From positions 1-39,371 of the forward strand of contig CAYOWJ010000003.1 of the NCBI GenBank assembly GCA_964407625.1: a DNA stretch of 39,371 nucleotides, read 5' to 3'. Of this stretch, positions 34,033 to 39,371 are shown piece by piece (positions within the stretch are counted from its first letter, which is position 1; every line of letters begins with the position of its first letter). The notes beneath the pieces are model-generated. The model did not search any database, had not been told where the DNA came from, and saw only the letters and a program-made list of their open reading frames with translations. Source of the stretch: an uncultured Lentimicrobiaceae bacterium. Its GTDB lineage: Bacteria > Bacteroidota > Bacteroidia > Bacteroidales > 4484-276. Position numbers and translations under genes: made by a program.

Positions 34033-36066
34033 ATGAGCAAACCTGAGAATATTTTCACCAACCAGCTTATCCACGAAACCAGTCCTTACCTTTTGCAACA
34101 TGCCCACAACCCTGTTGACTGGCACGCATGGAATTCAAAAACCCTCCAAAAAGCCGTTACCGAAAATAAAATGATGCTCATCAGCATTGGCTATTCGGCT
34201 TGTCACTGGTGTCATGTGATGGAGCATGAATCGTTCGAAAACCAGGAAATAGCCGAGATCATGAACGAAAATTTCATCTGTATCAAAGTTGACCGCGAGG
34301 AGCGACCCGATGTCGACGCCCTTTACATGGATGCCATTCAGATTATCCATGGTCATGGCGGATGGCCGCTCAACTGTTTTGCGCTTCCCGACGGAAGGCC
34401 GTTTTATGGCGGAACCTATTTCAGGCCTGAACAGTGGAAAAACCTGTTGGAAAATATCTCAAACCTTTATAAAACCAGTCCGCAGGAAATAATCGGGCAG
34501 GCCGGAAAAGTTACCGAAGGCATCAGCGAAAGCAACTTTTTACCAGCCGAAACAAAGGATCAGGTTTTTGATCCAAAATTTATTGACGAGACTTTTGCCA
34601 AATGGCAGCACAGTTTTGATGTTAAATCCGGTGGTTTTAAAGGTGCTCCAAAGTTTCCGATGCCCAATAACCTGCTTTTTCTGTTGCGATATATTCATGT
34701 TTCAAAGGATGAAACAATGCGCAATTTCCTGGAGCTTACGCTCGGAAAGATGGCTTCAGGCGGCATTTACGACCAGTTGGGTGGCGGCTTTGCTCGTTAT
34801 TCGGTTGATGCTGAATGGAAGGTGCCGCATTTCGAAAAAATGCTTTACGACAACGCCCAACTGATTTCGTTGTATTGCGAAGCCTTTTCTTTTACCAAAA
34901 ATGAAAAATATTTGCAGGTTGCCAAAGAAACCGCCGGCTTTGTGCTTCGGGAACTGACATCCGTCGAAGGTTTTTTCTTTTCTGCACTTGATGCCGATTC
35001 GGAAGGGGAGGAGGGTAAATTTTATGTGTGGACAAAGGCTGAGATCGAAAATATCCTGGAAACAGACGCAGCTTTGTTTATCGAATTTTATGGGATTGAT
35101 CAGGAATCACTTTGGGAAGATGGGAAAAACATTCTGACCAGGAATGAAACTGTTGCCGCATTTGCCAGCAGGAAAAATTTGGAGGTTAAAAGTTTGAAAA
35201 AACTACTCGATGACAGCAGGCAGAAATTATTTGCCGAAAGGGAAAAACGGACTCGACCGGGTCTTGATGACAAAGCCCTGTGTTCATGGAATGCTTTAAT
35301 GATAAAGGCTTTGACCGGGCTTTACGCTGCAACGGGTGATGATTTTTATCTGAACTCAGCCACAAAAGCTGCTCATTTTATGATTCAACATTTCATCAAA
35401 CAAGATGGAAGTTTAGTGAGGACCTACAAAAATGGGCCTTCGGCGATTGATGGTTTTTTGGAGGATTACGCGTTCCTTGCCGAAGCACTGACCGAACTTT
35501 ACCAGGTGACCTTTGACGAGTTCTGGATTCAGGAAGCCCGGAAACTAACTGATTTTACAATCCTGAATTTTTATGATAAAGAAGATGGATTGTTCTGGTT
35601 CACAGGAAACAGGAGCCACGAATTAGTAACGAGAAAGAAGGAAATCCACGATAACGTGATTCCTTCCTCAAACTCAGCCATGGCCAATGTTTTGTTTAAA
35701 CTTGGCCATATTTTCGAAAATGAAAATTATTCAAAAATGGCTGAAAGGATGTTGAAAAAAGTTATGGGAAATATTAAAAAATATCCTGCTGCCTTTTCAA
35801 ACTGGGGGATTTTGCTGATTTACAATACCGGAATGTTTTATGATGTGGTGATAAGCGGACCTGATGCATTGTTGCGAAGAGGTGAATTTTCGGAGTTTTA
35901 TTTCCCTTCAAAACTCCTTTTGGGCAGCACCTCAAAAAGTGAAATTCCAGTTTTAAAAGATCGGTTAAAACCTGGTAAAACCATGATTTATGTTTGTACG
36001 AACAGTGAATGTAAAAAGCCTGCCGAAACGGTGGACGAAACCATCAGCTTGTTGAGTGACAACTAA
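34033..36066 (+). CDS. Thioredoxin-domain protein of the DUF255 / YyaL (SSP411-like) family
   Basis: N-terminus [24 protein letters not shown] and the [14 protein letters not shown] thioredoxin-like motif, followed by a long six-hairpin glycosidase-like region. Start set at the ATG at 34033. Confidence 0.85.
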   Translation: MSKPENIFTNQLIHETSPYLLQHAHNPVDWHAWNSKTLQKAVTENKMMLISIGYSACHWCHVMEHESFENQEIAEIMNENFICIKVDREERPDVDALYMDAIQIIHGHGGWPLNCFALPDGRPFYGGTYFRPEQWKNLLENISNLYKTSPQEIIGQAGKVTEGISESNFLPAETKDQVFDPKFIDETFAKWQHSFDVKSGGFKGAPKFPMPNNLLFLLRYIHVSKDETMRNFLELTLGKMASGGIYDQLGGGFARYSVDAEWKVPHFEKMLYDNAQLISLYCEAFSFTKNEKYLQVAKETAGFVLRELTSVEGFFFSALDADSEGEEGKFYVWTKAEIENILETDAALFIEFYGIDQESLWEDGKNILTRNETVAAFASRKNLEVKSLKKLLDDSRQKLFAEREKRTRPGLDDKALCSWNALMIKALTGLYAATGDDFYLNSATKAAHFMIQHFIKQDGSLVRTYKNGPSAIDGFLEDYAFLAEALTELYQVTFDEFWIQEARKLTDFTILNFYDKEDGLFWFTGNRSHELVTRKKEIHDNVIPSSNSAMANVLFKLGHIFENENYSKMAERMLKKVMGNIKKYPAAFSNWGILLIYNTGMFYDVVISGPDALLRRGEFSEFYFPSKLLLGSTSKSEIPVLKDRLKPGKTMIYVCTNSECKKPAETVDETISLLSDN

Positions 36067-37838
36067 TCGTCCGAAAAATCTTTCAGCAGGCTGCGGTATG
36101 ACGAAAAAACCCTTGCCCGTGAAACGAATCCGAGATATTTCCCATCTTTTAAAACTGCAAGGTTAAACTTGCCACTTTGCTGGAATTTTTTCGCAACATC
36201 TTCCATCGATTCATCAGGACCAACAATGGTTTCGGGCATAAACATCAGTTCGGCAACATAGGTTTTTTCGTACAATTCGGGCTGAAAAATGATATTGCGG
36301 ATATTATCCATAAAAACGATTCCAAAAAAATTGTTGTCATCATCAACCACAGGAAAAATATTTCGCGACGAACCTTCGATAGCTTTAACCAGGTCGCCAA
36401 GTGTAGCTTTTGGATGAATAGTTTTGAAATTCTTTTCGATCAGTTTTTCGACCTTCATCATCGAAAGTACCGCTTTATCTTTATCATGAGTCATTAATTC
36501 ACCGCGCATGGCCAGCCTTTTGGTGTAGATCGAATGAGGCTCGAAGTAAATGATCGTGAGGTACGAAATGGTAGCAGTGATGATAAGCTGCGGAAAAAGT
36601 TCGTAACCACCGGTAATTTCGGCAATAAGGAAAATTGCTGTAAGTGGTGCGTGCATTACGCCGGCCATCACGCCAGCCATGCCTACCAGCGAAAAAACAC
36701 TTTCGTTGACCTTAAATGACGAAACAAGATTTATGAGCCGGGCAACAAAAAAACCCGAAACCCCACCCATAAATAAAGTAGGTGCAAAAACTCCTCCAAC
36801 GCCTCCGCTTCCGGTAGTTGCAGCCATTGCGATGACTTTAAAAAAAAGAATCATCAACAGCACAATCAGGAAAAGCCAGTTGTTGCCGGTTAAATTTGAA
36901 AAGATGGTCTGATTGATGATATTTTCGCCTTTACCATCCAGAATATCCATCAAAGCTTCGTAACCTTCACCAAATAAGGATGGGAAAATAAAAATCAAAG
37001 TACCGATGATTGCTCCTCCAAAACCGATCCTTAATACCGGATTTTTGATTTTTTTGAATTTCTGCTCCGTAAACATGGTAGCGCGGGTAAAATAGAGTGA
37101 AACAAAACCGGCGAAAATTCCAAGCAATATAAAAAAAGGTATTTCGGTAAAAATAAAAGGTGTGTCAACCTGAAACGAAAAAACCACATCTTTCCCCATC
37201 AGGAAATAGGCGATGGTTGAACCGGTAACTGCAGCGATGAGCAGTGGTATCAGCGTAACCATGGTCAGATCGAGCATGAGCACTTCGATGGCAAAAATTA
37301 CCCCGGCAATGGGCGCTTTAAAAATGCTGGCAATTGCTCCGGCACTTCCGCAGCCTATCAGCAAAATGATGGTTTTGTAATGGAGCCGGAATAATCTGCC
37401 CAGGTTGGAACCAATGGCAGAGCCGGTTAGCACAATCGGAGCTTCCAAACCCACCGAACCTCCAAAACCAACTGTCAGCGAACTTCCGATCATGGATGAA
37501 TAGGTGTTGTGCGGCTTAATGATGCCGTTATCTTTCGAAATTCCATACAAAATCTTGCTTACGCCATGATCGATATTGTCTTTGACGAGATATTTCAGAA
37601 AAAGCACGGTGAGGATGATTCCAAACATGGGATAGGCAAAATACATGTAGTTGATGGCTTTGAAATCGAAGCCATTAGTCATAAAATTGTGGGTGTAATA
37701 AACCAGGTCTTTCAGCAGTACTCCGGCAAGCCCGCTAAAAATACCGATGAAAAAACTGAGAAATATTACAAAATGCCGATCCTGGATATTTTTAACCCTC
37801 CAGATCAATAATTGCCCGAAAATGCCTGTTTTTTTCAT
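36063..37838 (-). CDS. ClC-family chloride channel / H+-Cl- antiporter with C-terminal CBS pair
   Basis: 591 aa and polytopic. ClC selectivity motifs are [16 protein letters not shown] and [11 protein letters not shown]. The C-terminal CBS-like segments are [14 protein letters not shown] and [15 protein letters not shown]. Confidence 0.88.
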   Translation of the reverse strand: MKKTGIFGQLLIWRVKNIQDRHFVIFLSFFIGIFSGLAGVLLKDLVYYTHNFMTNGFDFKAINYMYFAYPMFGIILTVLFLKYLVKDNIDHGVSKILYGISKDNGIIKPHNTYSSMIGSSLTVGFGGSVGLEAPIVLTGSAIGSNLGRLFRLHYKTIILLIGCGSAGAIASIFKAPIAGVIFAIEVLMLDLTMVTLIPLLIAAVTGSTIAYFLMGKDVVFSFQVDTPFIFTEIPFFILLGIFAGFVSLYFTRATMFTEQKFKKIKNPVLRIGFGGAIIGTLIFIFPSLFGEGYEALMDILDGKGENIINQTIFSNLTGNNWLFLIVLLMILFFKVIAMAATTGSGGVGGVFAPTLFMGGVSGFFVARLINLVSSFKVNESVFSLVGMAGVMAGVMHAPLTAIFLIAEITGGYELFPQLIITATISYLTIIYFEPHSIYTKRLAMRGELMTHDKDKAVLSMMKVEKLIEKNFKTIHPKATLGDLVKAIEGSSRNIFPVVDDDNNFFGIVFMDNIRNIIFQPELYEKTYVAELMFMPETIVGPDESMEDVAKKFQQSGKFNLAVLKDGKYLGFVSRARVFSSYRSLLKDFSDD

Positions 37839-37918
37839 TTGTGCCGCGAAGGTATAACTTTTAAGACGAACATTGCCCCAGCTTAAAAGGCCTATCTTTA
37901 CCCAAAAATTCGAAAATT

Positions 37919-38677
37919 ATGAGAATTGTCACCTACAACGTAAACGGAATCAGGTCAGCGATTGGAAAAGGTTTTTTGGAATGGCTTGCAAAAATTGATG
38001 CTGATGTTGTTTGTCTTCAGGAAGTTAAAGCTTTGCCTGAGCAAATTCCGTTAATGGATTTTGAAATGCTTGGTTTCCAAACTTTTTGGTTCCCGGCTCA
38101 GAAAAAAGGATACAGCGGTGTGGCATTATTTTCGAAACAAAAGCCTGATCATGTTTTTTATGGGATGAATCATGCTGCCTCCGATGCTGAAGGCAGGTTT
38201 TTAAGGATCGATTTTGGTGAACTCACCATCGCAAGTGTTTATGCGCCTTCCGGATCGAGCGGTGAAGAACGTCAGGCTTTTAAGATGAAATGGCTCGACG
38301 ATTTTTACCACTTTGTGAAACAGCTTAAAATTGAGCGGCCAAACCTCATCATTTCGGGCGATTACAATATTTGCCATAAATCCATCGATATCCACGACCC
38401 GGTTAGAAATGCGAAAAGCAGCGGGTTTTTGCCAGAAGAGCGGGAATGGTTAACGAAATTTCTGGACCTGGGATTTACTGATGCTTTCAGACATCTTAAC
38501 AAGGAGCCCCACCATTACACCTGGTGGAGTTACCGGGCCAATGCCCGAAACAATAACAAAGGCTGGCGGATAGATTATCACATGGTAAGTGAGGCCATCA
38601 GTAACAATATTTCAGGGGCATTCATCAAACCTGAGGCTCATCATTCCGATCATTGTCCGGTTATTATCGAAATTTGA
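37919..38677 (+). CDS. xth: Exodeoxyribonuclease III (AP endonuclease)
   Basis: 252 aa with MRIVTYNVNGIRSA, DVVCLQEVK, GDYNICH, WRIDY and SDHCPV, the Xth/ExoIII catalytic blocks. Confidence 0.92.
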   Translation: MRIVTYNVNGIRSAIGKGFLEWLAKIDADVVCLQEVKALPEQIPLMDFEMLGFQTFWFPAQKKGYSGVALFSKQKPDHVFYGMNHAASDAEGRFLRIDFGELTIASVYAPSGSSGEERQAFKMKWLDDFYHFVKQLKIERPNLIISGDYNICHKSIDIHDPVRNAKSSGFLPEEREWLTKFLDLGFTDAFRHLNKEPHHYTWWSYRANARNNNKGWRIDYHMVSEAISNNISGAFIKPEAHHSDHCPVIIEI

Positions 38678-38971
38678 TATTTATTGCCTGATTATTTAAA
38701 TCTGTTGTATTAAAAAAGAGTGAAAATTCAGAATCGTTGAGCACGCTTTGTTCTTAGTTGTAAAACTCAAAATGTAGTATTTTTGAACACATCTAAAACA
38801 ATTAGATTTTTTGATGTTTCTAATCTAAATTGCGCTAAAATGAAGCCTGTTTTTTACTTTAAAAAGTGGTTTATATTATTATTAAATTTTTTAATTAGCA
38901 CTTTTACAATAGAATAGCTGCTTTTGTTAAAATTTGTCAAAATACAGATAGCATTTTGTGATATGAAGGAT

Positions 38972-39004
38972 TTTGTAATTCCTTGAAAATGTTTAGTAAC
39001 TTTG
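38972..39004 (+). promoter_or_regulatory. Full-consensus promoter for the ORF at the right edge
   Basis: -33 TTTG (38972-38975), a 21-nt spacer, then -7 TAACTTTG (38997-39004). It lies about 70 nt upstream of the ATG at 39076. Confidence 0.45.
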
Positions 39005-39075
39005 CCGCAAAAATTGAGCAATTTTTCAGGGGAATTGTTAATCAAAAAGCAAACAACAATAATAAAACTATTGAC

Positions 39076-39371
39076 TATGAAAATGACCTATTTTCAAATT
39101 GAAAGACGATTAAGCCATCGGTTACGTATTTCGGTTGCTATTTTAATCTTGACGTTTCTTACTTGTTTTAATATGGTATATGGCCAGGGTGTAAGTAATT
39201 ACAGCGCGCCTTTAAATCTCGCAGAAATGACTGCGGATGAAATTCTTTATAATGTAAATCAGCCGGGGGATCAGGGGTCGAGGGAGGTGCCAGATGGTTT
39301 TCCTTATCCGCCAACTTGGGAAAGACCTGAATCGAGTCGTGTTGAGCCACATTTTCTCATTGTTAACCTAC
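39076..39371 (+). CDS. 5' end of a secreted protein of unknown function (runs off the window)
   Basis: Not in the ORF track because it has no stop. The frame is open from the ATG at 39076 to the window end (98 codons). It reads MKMTYFQIERRLSHRLRISVAILILTFLTCFNMVYGQG..., a signal-peptide-like sequence, and is preceded by a consensus promoter. Confidence 0.45.

Noticed and set aside
38854-39350. ORFs 38854-39045 (-) and 39168-39350 (-)
   Set aside because: The first is an Asn/Lys/Phe-rich translation of AT-rich intergenic DNA that contains a plus-strand promoter. The second is antisense to the better-supported signal-peptide ORF that starts at 39076.
1-39371. Scan for CRISPR arrays, tRNA/rRNA genes, IS elements, integrases, restriction/defence or toxin-antitoxin modules
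   Set aside because: I saw no spaced direct repeats, cloverleaf-like segments or transposase/integrase-like ORFs. Every ORF longer than 130 aa is accounted for by a housekeeping, envelope or T9SS function, or by a plain hypothetical protein.

Overview
About 39 kb of what looks like ordinary chromosomal backbone from a member of the Bacteroidota. By eye it is about 40% GC with very AT-rich intergenic DNA. Several Bacteroidetes-type promoters are present (-33 TTTG / -7 TAnnTTTG), along with type IX secretion (T9SS)/gliding genes.

I support 31 protein-coding genes, 30 complete and 1 running off the right end:
- Left end, minus strand: a nucleotide-sugar / O-antigen-type operon. It encodes a WbpE-like aminotransferase, a WbpD-like acetyltransferase and a UDP-HexNAc 6-dehydrogenase. 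After a terminator come galE and rfbB.
- Next: a secreted beta-barrel-like hypothetical plus kdtA, folE, an orphan ECF sigma factor and a MerR/B12-domain-like regulator.
- Then a bactofilin-AtpZ-4TM membrane module, and a large TPR lipoprotein (probable PorW/SprE).
- Centre, plus strand: M23 peptidase-dxr-rseP, a PAS/LuxR one-component regulator, and the T9SS core block porP/sprF-gldK-gldL-gldM-gldN.
- Right: recG, pheT, an atypically long nucleotide-sugar dehydrogenase, a small repeat-containing membrane protein, a DUF255 thioredoxin-like protein, a ClC/CBS channel, xth, and the 5' end of a secreted protein.

I saw no rRNA, tRNA, CRISPR array, transposase/integrase or recognisable defence/toxin module. 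I cannot point to a convincing new multi-gene system here.

The items most worth a second look are mostly non-coding or synteny-based:
- an orphan consensus promoter plus a long structured hairpin and tandem terminators upstream of the T9SS operon;
- a nested GC-rich inverted repeat at the left edge;
- the MerR-B12-like/ECF sigma pair;
- the ATP-synthase leader genes with no ATP synthase behind them.

All family assignments come from motif recognition by eye, not from database searches.
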